Source of the DNA: Candidatus Uhrbacteria bacterium RIFOXYB12_FULL_58_10
Lineage (GTDB): Bacteria; Patescibacteriota; Patescibacteriia; UBA9934; GWF2-40-263
Direction of reading: 5' to 3'
DNA length: 38,404 nucleotides
NCBI GenBank assembly: GCA_943357025.1
Contig: CALRGA010000003.1
Coordinates: 1-38,404, forward strand
Within the stretch, counting starts at the first letter, position 1. Each line of letters opens with the position of its first letter. The position numbers and the translations under genes were made by a program. Shown piece after piece: positions 7,547 through 15,794 of the stretch. The notes under the pieces were generated by a model. That model was given only the letters and a program-made list of their open reading frames with translations, was not told the DNA's origin and ran no database searches.

Positions 7547-8935
7547 TTAGACAATCTCCCCGTCGAGAATCCACTTCTCTGCCTTTGTCACGCGAACGTT
7601 CACGGTCTGCCCCAGAAGCTCCTTCCCTCCCGCGAACCGCACCAGCTTCATCTCGCGAGAGTTTCCCAGGCACGTCCCCGGCATTGCCGCCAACCGATCG
7701 AGGATATTCCCCGGCAACGACAGCATCTCGTCGGTCGCGACCGGGACCTCGTGGCGCTCGACGAGGACGGAGACGATTTTTCCGACGTACGCCTGGTTCT
7801 TCTCGAACACGATGCGCTCCTGGATGTCCTGGAGGTGCTTCCAGCGCCACTTCTTCTCGTCGATGGAAACGTCGTCCTTGAAGGCGCGCCAGGCGGCCGT
7901 TCCCGACCGCGTCGAATACCGGGCCGTGTACGAGATGTCGAAGCGGACCTGCTCGTACAGCTCGGCGGTCTTCAGATACTGCTCGCGCGACTCGCCGCAG
8001 AACCCGACGATGATGTCCGTTCCGATCGCAAGGTCCGGGATCTTTTCGCGAAGGCGGCGCACGACGTCGAGGAACTGGGCGGACGTGTACCGACGGTTCA
8101 TGCGCTTGAGCACCGCGTCGTCGCCGGCCTGGACCGGGAGGTGGATGTAGTTGAGGTGCGCGGGGAGCGTCATCGCGTCGATGGCCTCGTCGCTCATGTG
8201 GAGCGGGTGCGGCGCGGTGTAATGGAGGCGCGAGATGCCCGCGACCTGGTTGACCTCCCAGAGCAGCGCGGCGAAGTGGTCCTTGTACGGATTCGCCGTC
8301 GAGAACGACTCCGGGTCCGGCGCGCGGAACGAGTTGACGGTCTGTCCGAGCAGCGTGACTTCCACGCAGCCGTGGTCGGCGAGGTCGCGGACCTCCGTGA
8401 GGATGTCGGCGACCATGCGGTTCTTCTCGAGGCCCCGGGCGAACGGCACGACGCAGTACGTGCAGAACTTGTTGCAGCCGGTCTGGATGGTCACGAACCC
8501 CTGGCGGAACGTCCGGCGCTCGGGGATAATCTTAAGATAGTCCTCGCCGATGTCGGCCCCGTTCACGAGCTCGGGACGCAGCTCGGAAATCCATCGCGGG
8601 AGCTGGACCACGTCGGTGATGGGAAAGTAAAGGTCGGCGGTGGGCATCTTCTTGCGGATGGCCCCGTCGCGGTCGCGGCCCGGCAGGCAGCCGGTGATCC
8701 CGACGATCAGGTTCGGGCGCGTCAGCTTGAGCTTGTCGAACTCGCGCAAAAATCCGAACACCCGGTCCTCGGCGCTCTGTCGAACGGAGCAGGTGTTCAC
8801 GAGGATGAGGTCGGCCTCCTCCTTGCGTTCCGTGGAAACGAAACCGACTCCGGAGAGGATGGCGTCCATCCGCTCGGAGTCGTTCTTGTTCATCTGGCAG
8901 CCGAGGGTAATGAGGTGGTATTTTGGCGCGTCCAT
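7547..8935 (-). CDS. miaB: tRNA-2-methylthio-N6-dimethylallyladenosine synthase (radical SAM methylthiotransferase)
   Basis: TLGCQMNKNDSE, NTCSVRQSAE, GCNKFCTYCVVP, HLPVQAG, TDIIVGFCGE, C-terminal TRAM; adjacent to miaA. Confidence 0.95.
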   Translation of the reverse strand: MDAPKYHLITLGCQMNKNDSERMDAILSGVGFVSTERKEEADLILVNTCSVRQSAEDRVFGFLREFDKLKLTRPNLIVGITGCLPGRDRDGAIRKKMPTADLYFPITDVVQLPRWISELRPELVNGADIGEDYLKIIPERRTFRQGFVTIQTGCNKFCTYCVVPFARGLEKNRMVADILTEVRDLADHGCVEVTLLGQTVNSFRAPDPESFSTANPYKDHFAALLWEVNQVAGISRLHYTAPHPLHMSDEAIDAMTLPAHLNYIHLPVQAGDDAVLKRMNRRYTSAQFLDVVRRLREKIPDLAIGTDIIVGFCGESREQYLKTAELYEQVRFDISYTARYSTRSGTAAWRAFKDDVSIDEKKWRWKHLQDIQERIVFEKNQAYVGKIVSVLVERHEVPVATDEMLSLPGNILDRLAAMPGTCLGNSREMKLVRFAGGKELLGQTVNVRVTKAEKWILDGEIV

Positions 8936-8957
8936 AACGGACGGAACCGTATCAGAT

Positions 8958-9839
8958 TTATCGCGGGCCGGCAACCGACGCCGACTTGCGCGCCTCGTAC
9001 GCCTCGCGCCTGGAAAGCGTCGCGATCTTGGCATCCAAATCCATCTTCTTGAACGGATTGCTGAAAAAACCCATCTTGGCCCGCTCGCTACGAAGCTCGA
9101 CAAGTTCCACGCGCCACGGCTCGTACTGGATGGCGTCCTTCGGAAGGTCTTCGAGAACGGACTGTCGCGCCGTCACGGCATGGCGCGCGGCGGCCGTCTC
9201 CTGCTGCTTTCGTATCGCTTCCCGGCGGAGAATTCTCCAGCCGTCCGGGCCGGTTGCCAGCCGCGGAACCGCCGCGAGCTGCTCGCGGACGATACGCGCG
9301 TCGTCGATGGCACTCCGGAGCACCTCCTCGTCCCCTTCCGCCGCGGATGCCAGGCGCTCGGCGCTCTCGTACCGGGCCACCAGGTTCCTCGCGTATCCCA
9401 CGCGGTCCGAGAATCGCGCCGCGTCTTCCCGAACCCGCGCCTCGGCGAGCTTCGGAATCAGCGCGTTCATTTCCCACCGAACCTTCTGAAGGATGGCGCG
9501 ATCCTTGATCATCGCGATCCCCAGGTCCTCCATTTCCTTGCACTGCGCCGAACGCAGGGAGAACTCCTCGCACAGCTGCTTCCAATAGGCCTCCGCGGAT
9601 CGCCCCATGGCAATCTCCCGAACGACGACAACCTCCTGCGCCCGCTGCTGCGAACGCGTCTCGCGCTCCGCCGCGGACTCACGGTACGCCGGTCGAGCGT
9701 CGGGCCAGATGGCAGGCTCGACCACGTCGACTCCTCCGCGCGCAACGACCTCCGTCTCTTTCTTCGACGGAAGGTCGAGCAGTTTTCCCGTGCGCGGCGG
9801 ACGCCCTGGCTGTTCTCCGTAAAATATTTCTCCATGCAT
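8958..9839 (-). CDS. hypothetical helical/coiled-coil protein (293 aa)
   Basis: Non-overlapping ORF with E/R/A-rich helices; TGgTATACT (9857-9849) 9 nt upstream of the ATG. Confidence 0.7.
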   Translation of the reverse strand: MHGEIFYGEQPGRPPRTGKLLDLPSKKETEVVARGGVDVVEPAIWPDARPAYRESAAERETRSQQRAQEVVVVREIAMGRSAEAYWKQLCEEFSLRSAQCKEMEDLGIAMIKDRAILQKVRWEMNALIPKLAEARVREDAARFSDRVGYARNLVARYESAERLASAAEGDEEVLRSAIDDARIVREQLAAVPRLATGPDGWRILRREAIRKQQETAAARHAVTARQSVLEDLPKDAIQYEPWRVELVELRSERAKMGFFSNPFKKMDLDAKIATLSRREAYEARKSASVAGPR

Positions 9840-9896
9840 ATCGCATTCAGTATACCATAACGACGCGAAGAACGAAAAAAAATACAGTCGCGATCC

Positions 9897-10397
9897 TTAC
9901 GGACGGGACTGTCGAGCAAAGCCTTGCGTGGCGAGCGCCGCGTCCGTCGATCCCGGGTTCGCGCGCATCAGGCACGAGACGTACAGGGCGCGGTAGTAGG
10001 CGCGGCGCGTTGAGGTGAGGGCCATTCCGCGGGATCGGTACGTCGCTTCGACGTGCGCGGTAAAGCGGTCGAGGCGGCCGGCGACCCATCGGCTTCGAAC
10101 GCGCAGGCCGGCGGCGGATCCGGAACCGACGCGGTCAAGCTGGTCCGTCACGAACCGCTCGTTGTAACTCGGATGCGCCATCGACCGGGCGGCCACGTCG
10201 CGCCGAATCTCCCGGCACGCCTCGTCGTTCCAGCGGCCGAGGTCGCCGAGACGTTCGAGAAGGAGCGGAACGTCGGGCCGCGAAACCGCGCCGCAGAGCC
10301 CGTCCCGGAGCAGGCGCTCGATGGGATACGGCTCGCGGCATGGGAGGAGCAAGGCGTCGTTCGGCGAAGGAACGACGATGGAAAGATGCGGACTCAC
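9897..10397 (-). CDS. hypothetical protein (166 aa)
   Basis: GTG start overlaps the upstream TGA (GTGA coupling). Confidence 0.55.
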   Translation of the reverse strand: MSPHLSIVVPSPNDALLLPCREPYPIERLLRDGLCGAVSRPDVPLLLERLGDLGRWNDEACREIRRDVAARSMAHPSYNERFVTDQLDRVGSGSAAGLRVRSRWVAGRLDRFTAHVEATYRSRGMALTSTRRAYYRALYVSCLMRANPGSTDAALATQGFARQSRP

Positions 10398-10897
10398 GGT
10401 GCTTTCCCCGTCGAGAACACGCGCAACTTTCGGAAGGACGGAGCCGCCGCCGCGTTTTCCTTGGCGGCCACGTCGTAGAGCCGAAGAAAGACGGCCGTGA
10501 GCGTGGCGACCCTATCCGGTCCGGGAGGCCGCATTTTATCTCCCGCAAAGAAGCTGTCCAGCTCCTCCTCGAAGGAGGACGTCACCTCCCGCATAAAGCC
10601 GGAGAACGGACCGGAGAGACTTGCCTCGACGTATGCGCGAGCCGTCGCGGCGTCGCGAGAAAACGTCATGATGTCTTCGCGAGCCCCTTCCAACCCCTTC
10701 TTCGTCCACGCCGACCGTGGCGGAAGGCAGATGGCGACGTAGCTGAGTTCCCTGCGGTCGAATTCCGCCGGGCCCGTTTTGGGAAAGATGAGCGAGTAGC
10801 GAAAGTCCTGGAACGGACCCGGCGTAATCGCGTCGTGCCCGTAATCCGAGGAATCGTACGTGTCCCGCATGGGCGTTCCATTTTTTTTCTGATTCAT
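10394..10897 (-). CDS. hypothetical protein (~167 aa)
   Basis: ATG at 10897 preceded by GGAGGAGG 8 nt upstream. Confidence 0.6.
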   Translation of the reverse strand: MNQKKNGTPMRDTYDSSDYGHDAITPGPFQDFRYSLIFPKTGPAEFDRRELSYVAICLPPRSAWTKKGLEGAREDIMTFSRDAATARAYVEASLSGPFSGFMREVTSSFEEELDSFFAGDKMRPPGPDRVATLTAVFLRLYDVAAKENAAAAPSFRKLRVFSTGKAP

Positions 10898-10945
10898 TTC
10901 TGCGTCCTCCTCCCATGGCAAGTATATGCCAGCTGGGAGATATGC

Positions 10946-10997
10946 ACACTAGAGTACCGCGCGCGGTTTGTCAATCCCTCGGCCAAAATGGTATCAT
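10946..10997. promoter_or_regulatory. divergent promoters sharing a TTGTCAA -35 region
   Basis: + strand TTGTCA(10968-10973)-18-TATCAT(10992-10997, preceded by TG); - strand TTGACA(10974-10969)-17-TAGTGT(10951-10946). Confidence 0.5.
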
Positions 10998-11036
10998 GGT
11001 GACATTCACATCCGCGCACGGATTAATTATAACGAT

Positions 11037-12278
11037 ATGCGAGGAGAGGGACAAGCGAGATACGTCATCGACGCGAAGACAGGAAAAGGAACGACCGTTG
11101 AGAGGGGAGTTCCTGCCACAAAGAGCAAGGAGGTCATTCCGCGCGAAAAAAATATCGCGAAGAAATACATCGAGGCGCGCGATATGCAGGAGACCGGGGC
11201 AAAGGCGGACGCGTTCGTGTCCAAGATGAACCCCGACCAGACGCTCGCGCTCCGCAGTTATATGGACGGACTGGATGCCACCGATTCCAGCCATGCCGCC
11301 ATGGTGGCCGCGGTACGCGAAGGCAAGAAGGCGTTAGCCGCTGGCGAAATGAATACGAAGGGCCTTGATGCCACGCTCGACTGGAAAGACGCGATGAATA
11401 AACTTCGGGCGCTTGAGAGCGACGCGAAGAGCAGCGGCATCAACATCGCCGCATACGACCTTGGTCGCCGGAAAAGTCGCGACGCTCTCCGAACGCAGCT
11501 CGTTGGCTCGCGCAGCCTCGGCCGGGAGGAAACGTCGGTTAAAACCGAGGCTCTCAAAAATGCCGAGACGGTCGGGTACGCGGAACCTCGCCCGCTTGCC
11601 CGCGTGAACCGCGGACCGGACTGGAGGGTGATTCGCAATACGGTCGTGGACATGCGTCCGGTGGACCAGCGACCCGAGGACGGGCCGGCAAAAGTTGTTC
11701 CGGCACCCCAGCCGAAGAGCGCGTGGGGACGCGCCAAGAGCTGGATGTCGGGAACGCCGGTCGGCAAGGCGGCCAGGTGGCTCGGCGTCGGAATAATCGG
11801 CGTCCTTGGCATGAGCGTGCTCGGCCCGCGTCAGGACGTCGAGGATCGCCCGCAGGCAGAACAGTCGGCCATGATGGCTCCCGTCCAGGAAGTCCTTCCC
11901 GCGGCCAACGTGTCCGTCGACGACGAGAACCTCCTGATCAACGCCGCCGAGGACGTCGAAGAAATGTCCGGCGATTCCGCAGCGACGAAAGAGACAAAGG
12001 CCGCCGTGCGCGAATTCAGAAAGAGCGGCGACCCGCGAAACCTCGAGGACGCGCTGAAGATCCTCGAACCATTCGATGGAAAGGACGCGTACTTGCGACG
12101 ACGGGCCGAGGCAAGCAAGGCCGACCTTCAGGCCCGCCTGGCCGACCTCGCGTTCATTCGATCGGCAATAAATTCCCGGAGTTCAACCGTTGAAATGTCG
12201 AAGCGCCTCGATGTGAAGAAGAAGATCGAGGATCTAAAGTCTCGCATAGATCTGATGAAGGCAATCAAGGACATCTAA
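11037..12278 (+). CDS. hypothetical single-pass membrane protein (~413 aa)
   Basis: ATG at 11037 after an AT-rich leader; central TM WLGVGIIGVLGMSVLG; C-terminal coiled coil. Confidence 0.7.
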   Translation: MRGEGQARYVIDAKTGKGTTVERGVPATKSKEVIPREKNIAKKYIEARDMQETGAKADAFVSKMNPDQTLALRSYMDGLDATDSSHAAMVAAVREGKKALAAGEMNTKGLDATLDWKDAMNKLRALESDAKSSGINIAAYDLGRRKSRDALRTQLVGSRSLGREETSVKTEALKNAETVGYAEPRPLARVNRGPDWRVIRNTVVDMRPVDQRPEDGPAKVVPAPQPKSAWGRAKSWMSGTPVGKAARWLGVGIIGVLGMSVLGPRQDVEDRPQAEQSAMMAPVQEVLPAANVSVDDENLLINAAEDVEEMSGDSAATKETKAAVREFRKSGDPRNLEDALKILEPFDGKDAYLRRRAEASKADLQARLADLAFIRSAINSRSSTVEMSKRLDVKKKIEDLKSRIDLMKAIKDI

Positions 12279-12289
12279 TCCGCCTACCG

Positions 12290-12317
12290 AAAACGCCTCG
12301 CACTAGCGAGGCGTTTT
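12290..12317. terminator. bidirectional intrinsic terminator
   Basis: AAAACGCCTCGC-ACTA-GCGAGGCGTTTT between convergent genes, overlapping the thrS stop. Confidence 0.8.
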
Positions 12318-14045
12318 TGCTGCGTTCAATGCCGTGACAATGAGATCGGCCTGCGGGACCATCAGGTCTTCCGTGGCGCCGAACACGTTGATCTTGAAAT
12401 CCCCTCCCTCGGCTTCCTTGGCGCCGAAGACGATCGTCCACGGAACCTTCATCATGGCCGACGCGCGGATTTTCTTTCCGACCTTCTCGTCGCTCACGTC
12501 GAGCTCGACGCGGAGGCCCGCCGCCGACAGCTTTTCCTTCAGCTCCGTCGCGGCCGGGACGAACGCGTCCGAGACGGTCGCGATGCGAATCTGGTACGGG
12601 GCGAGCCACATGGGGAACGCGCCGCCGAGGTGCTCGATGAGGATCCCGAGGAACCGCTCGACCGAACCCAGGATGGCGCGGTGGATGACCACCGGGCGCT
12701 TCTTGTCGTTGTCCGGGGCGACGTACTCGAGGTCGAACCGCTCCGGGAGGTTCATGTCGAGCTGGATGGTGGACAGCTGCCACTCGCGGCCGATGCAGTC
12801 CTTGGCCATGAAGTCGAGCTTCGGCCCGTAGAACGCCGCCTCGCCCACGCCGATCTTGTGCGTCCATCCGCGCTTCTCGATGAGACGCGACAGCGCCGAC
12901 TCGCTCTCGGCCCAGATGGCCGGGTCGCCGATGTACTTTTCCTTGTTCTCCGGGTCGTGTGTCGAGATGCGCACCCAGAAATCGGTGAACGTGAACGCGC
13001 GGTACGCCTCGTCGATCATGTCGAGCATCAGGTTGATCTCGCCCTCGATCTGGTCCGGCATGGCGAACACGTGGCAGTCGTCCTGGGTGAGGCCGCGCAC
13101 GCGCGTGAGGCCGGACAGTTCCCCGCTCTTCTCGTAACGATAGTTCGTGGTCGTGCAGGTCCAGCGCATCGGCAGCTCGCGGTACGAGTGCGGGTTCTGC
13201 TTGTAGAGCATCATGAAGTGCGGGCAGTTCATCGGCTTCAGGTAGTACGCGTCCTCGTCCTTGAGCTGCATGGGAGGATACATCGCGTCGTACTTCTGCA
13301 GGTGGCCGGAAATCTCGTACAGCCGGCCCTTGGTGATGTGCGGAATCCAGATGGGGACGTAGCCGCGGGCCTCCTGGCGCTCGATGATGAAGTTCTCGAC
13401 GAGGCGTCGCAGCACGGCGCCGCGCGGATAGAACAGCGGAAGCCCGCCGCCGATCTCGTCGATGACCGTGAACAGCTCGAGCTCCTTCCCGAGCTTGCGG
13501 TGGTCGCGCTTCTTCGCCTCCTCCATCATGGCGAGGTACGCGACAAGCTCGTCCTTCGTCTCGAACGCGAGGCCGTAGATGCGTGTGAGCTGGTCGTTCT
13601 TCTCGCTCCCGCGCCAGTACGCGCCGGCGATCACGTCGAGCTTGAACGACTCGGGGTCCACGTTCGCGAGCGAGTCGGCGTGTCCTCCGCGGCACAGGTC
13701 GACGTACGTTCCGGACCGGTACAGCGTCAGCGTCTGCCCTTCCGTCGAGAACTCGTTGATGAGCTCGGTCTTGTACTTGTTATCCGCGAAGGTCGCCCGC
13801 GCCTCGTCTGCCGAGACCTCGGAGCGGTCGAACGACGTGAACGTCGGGAGCAGCTCGCGCATCTTCGCCTCGATCTTCGGAAGATCTTCCTGCGAGATCG
13901 GCGCGGAGAACTTGAAATCATAATAGAATCCGTCGTCGACGGCCGGGCCGATCGTGCGCTTGGAGTCGGGGTACAGGTCGAGAACCGCCGCGGCAAGCAG
14001 GTGGGCGAGGGAATGGCGGAGCGAGGATAGGTCGGAAGGAGACAT
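12303..14045 (-). CDS. thrS: threonine--tRNA ligase (lacks N-terminal TGS domain)
   Basis: LRHSLAHLL, DLCRGGH, RDHRKLG, LKPMNCP, YRYEKSG, AAFYGPKLD, IHRAILGSVERF. Confidence 0.97.
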   Translation of the reverse strand: MSPSDLSSLRHSLAHLLAAAVLDLYPDSKRTIGPAVDDGFYYDFKFSAPISQEDLPKIEAKMRELLPTFTSFDRSEVSADEARATFADNKYKTELINEFSTEGQTLTLYRSGTYVDLCRGGHADSLANVDPESFKLDVIAGAYWRGSEKNDQLTRIYGLAFETKDELVAYLAMMEEAKKRDHRKLGKELELFTVIDEIGGGLPLFYPRGAVLRRLVENFIIERQEARGYVPIWIPHITKGRLYEISGHLQKYDAMYPPMQLKDEDAYYLKPMNCPHFMMLYKQNPHSYRELPMRWTCTTTNYRYEKSGELSGLTRVRGLTQDDCHVFAMPDQIEGEINLMLDMIDEAYRAFTFTDFWVRISTHDPENKEKYIGDPAIWAESESALSRLIEKRGWTHKIGVGEAAFYGPKLDFMAKDCIGREWQLSTIQLDMNLPERFDLEYVAPDNDKKRPVVIHRAILGSVERFLGILIEHLGGAFPMWLAPYQIRIATVSDAFVPAATELKEKLSAAGLRVELDVSDEKVGKKIRASAMMKVPWTIVFGAKEAEGGDFKINVFGATEDLMVPQADLIVTALNAAKTPR

Positions 14046-14090
14046 AGGACGAATTGGACAAATGTGACCGATAACCTACGAACTCTAGCA
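14046..14090 (-). promoter_or_regulatory. thrS extended -10 promoter and leader holding three 9-nt repeats
   Basis: TGcTAGAGT (14090-14082); + strand AGGACGAAT TGGACAAAT GTGACCGAT (14046-14072) abuts the ATG. Confidence 0.5.
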
Positions 14091-14099
14091 CAATACAAA

Positions 14100-14121
14100 G
14101 AACGGCCACAAGCGGCCGTTC
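14100..14121 (-). terminator. intrinsic terminator after the 14122 gene
   Basis: GAACGGCC-6nt-GGCCGTTC stem followed on the - strand by TTTGTATT. Confidence 0.6.
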
Positions 14122-15291
14122 CTAGTCCTCGATCTGGACGTAAATGTGATCCTTCAGCCGCGGGACGCGCTTCATCCAGAACGGGGTGAAGTCGACCGTG
14201 ACGGCATCCGCGATCTGTTCCTTGGCGAGAAGCGCCGTGATTTCCTCGGCGGACATTCCGGCGAATCGTCCCGGCTCGAGCGAGCGGCTCGCGGTCGACG
14301 GGGCAATGATCCCGTCGAGATACACGTGAACGCTCGCCGTTCCCGATGCGGCGGTAGCGATCTTGTCGACCGACGCCTGGAGCGCCGAACCGTTCAGGCT
14401 CACGAAGTCCGTGCCGTGAAGGATCTGCTCGTACAGCTTGCGCTTGGCGATGACGAGCAGCGCGTCGCGGTCGTAGAACACGCCCGTCGCGTCCACCGAC
14501 ATCGTCAGGCCGAACCCCGCGGCCTCGGCTCCCGCCTGCGTATCGCTCTTCAGCTCGCCGACCGCAAAGGAATACGCCTCGCCAGCAAGACCGTCGCCTG
14601 CCTTCGCCTTCAGCGCGGCCCTGGCCTCCTCCTCGAGCGTCCCGCGCAGCTCAAGCGCCGCGCGGTCGAGATCCTCCTGCGTGATGATCGAGACTTTTCT
14701 GACCCCGCCATCGAACGCCTTCGCGTTCTCGGCGGTGATCTGCTTTTGCAGGGATTCGGAGAGGCCCGGGATCGAGAACGTTGTGGGCGCGACGTTGCCG
14801 GCTGCGCCCGCGACGTCGGCGTAGACGGTCGCCTCGACGGACCCGTTCGCCGGGACGGTCACGCCCTTGTCGAGGCGAAACAGGATGCCGGACGCGGACA
14901 GGAACCGCGTGGTGGCGATGAGCGGCTGTATGCGCGTCGACAGGTTTCGGACGACGACCGTGCCGCCGGCCTTCTCGTCGACCGTCTTTCCCGAGTTCAT
15001 GGGAACGAACGCCGCGGTCTTCTTCACGGTCGCGGTCACGATCGACCCGCGCACCTCGCTGTCCTTCGTTGGCGTCTTCGCCACGTCGGCAATAAACTCC
15101 GTCTTGACCGTGGTCCTGATCGGCGTCACGTGGATCGTCGCCGAGACCGTCGACACGTAGAGCACGGCCGCGAGCATCATCGCCACCGCCACGACAAAAC
15201 CGACCGCGATGCGGCGGTAGAGTTTCAGCGACGGAGCGGCCGGAGCCGCTGCCTTCGCGTTTGCCTTCGTTTTTTTGACGGCTGGGGACAT
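14122..15291 (-). CDS. N-terminally anchored beta-rich protein, baseplate-J/gp47-like type seen in CPR genomes
   Basis: Basic N-terminus, one TM (IAVGFVVAVAMMLAAVLYV), then AGGTVVVRN, LIATTRF, VYADVAGAAGNV, FSIPGL, FDGG; TGaTATACT 12 nt upstream. Confidence 0.65.
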   Translation of the reverse strand: MSPAVKKTKANAKAAAPAAPSLKLYRRIAVGFVVAVAMMLAAVLYVSTVSATIHVTPIRTTVKTEFIADVAKTPTKDSEVRGSIVTATVKKTAAFVPMNSGKTVDEKAGGTVVVRNLSTRIQPLIATTRFLSASGILFRLDKGVTVPANGSVEATVYADVAGAAGNVAPTTFSIPGLSESLQKQITAENAKAFDGGVRKVSIITQEDLDRAALELRGTLEEEARAALKAKAGDGLAGEAYSFAVGELKSDTQAGAEAAGFGLTMSVDATGVFYDRDALLVIAKRKLYEQILHGTDFVSLNGSALQASVDKIATAASGTASVHVYLDGIIAPSTASRSLEPGRFAGMSAEEITALLAKEQIADAVTVDFTPFWMKRVPRLKDHIYVQIED

Positions 15292-15338
15292 TGGATCCAC
15301 ACAAGTATATCAGAAACCGACGAAAAGAAAAATGCCCG

Positions 15339-15737
15339 TCATGACATGACGAGCAGCACGACGAGAATTGCGCGAAGCCGCTGATAGCGATCCCCCATGT
15401 CCGGAAGATGCAGCACGGCGCGGCGTCTGAGGAGGGACAGCGGCCTCGAAACCCAGGATCGGACGGCGACGGCCGGAAGGCAAGATTCCACGAAGTCCGG
15501 AATTTCCGTGGATGGCATGGCGTCCAAGCGCGCGATTGCTTCCCGCAGTTCGGGGTATGGCATCAGACGAGCGCGTTCCTCGAGGGCCGTCATGCGGCAC
15601 AGAAGGCCGGCTTCGGCGGGAGTCAGCAGGCCGTCAACGCGCAGGCGGGCAAACGGACCGTCGTTTTCGCTTGGCGGCGGATCATCGTGGATCAAATCGG
15701 GCGTCGCGCCCGCGAAGCGCGGAAGGATGCGCAACAT
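15339..15737 (-). CDS. hypothetical protein (~132 aa)
   Basis: ATG at 15737 with GGAGG upstream; fills the gap between co-oriented genes. Confidence 0.5.
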   Translation of the reverse strand: MLRILPRFAGATPDLIHDDPPPSENDGPFARLRVDGLLTPAEAGLLCRMTALEERARLMPYPELREAIARLDAMPSTEIPDFVESCLPAVAVRSWVSRPLSLLRRRAVLHLPDMGDRYQRLRAILVVLLVMS

Positions 15738-15794
15738 GGGACCTCCTCGGGAGAAACCGTGCCACAAAACCGACCGCGCGTCAAGGAACGCGCC

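Noticed and set aside
6782-9052. 756-aa + strand ORF and the many other Arg/Gly/Pro-rich alternative ORFs
   Set aside because: Antisense or alternate-frame shadows of well-supported genes (miaA, miaB etc.)
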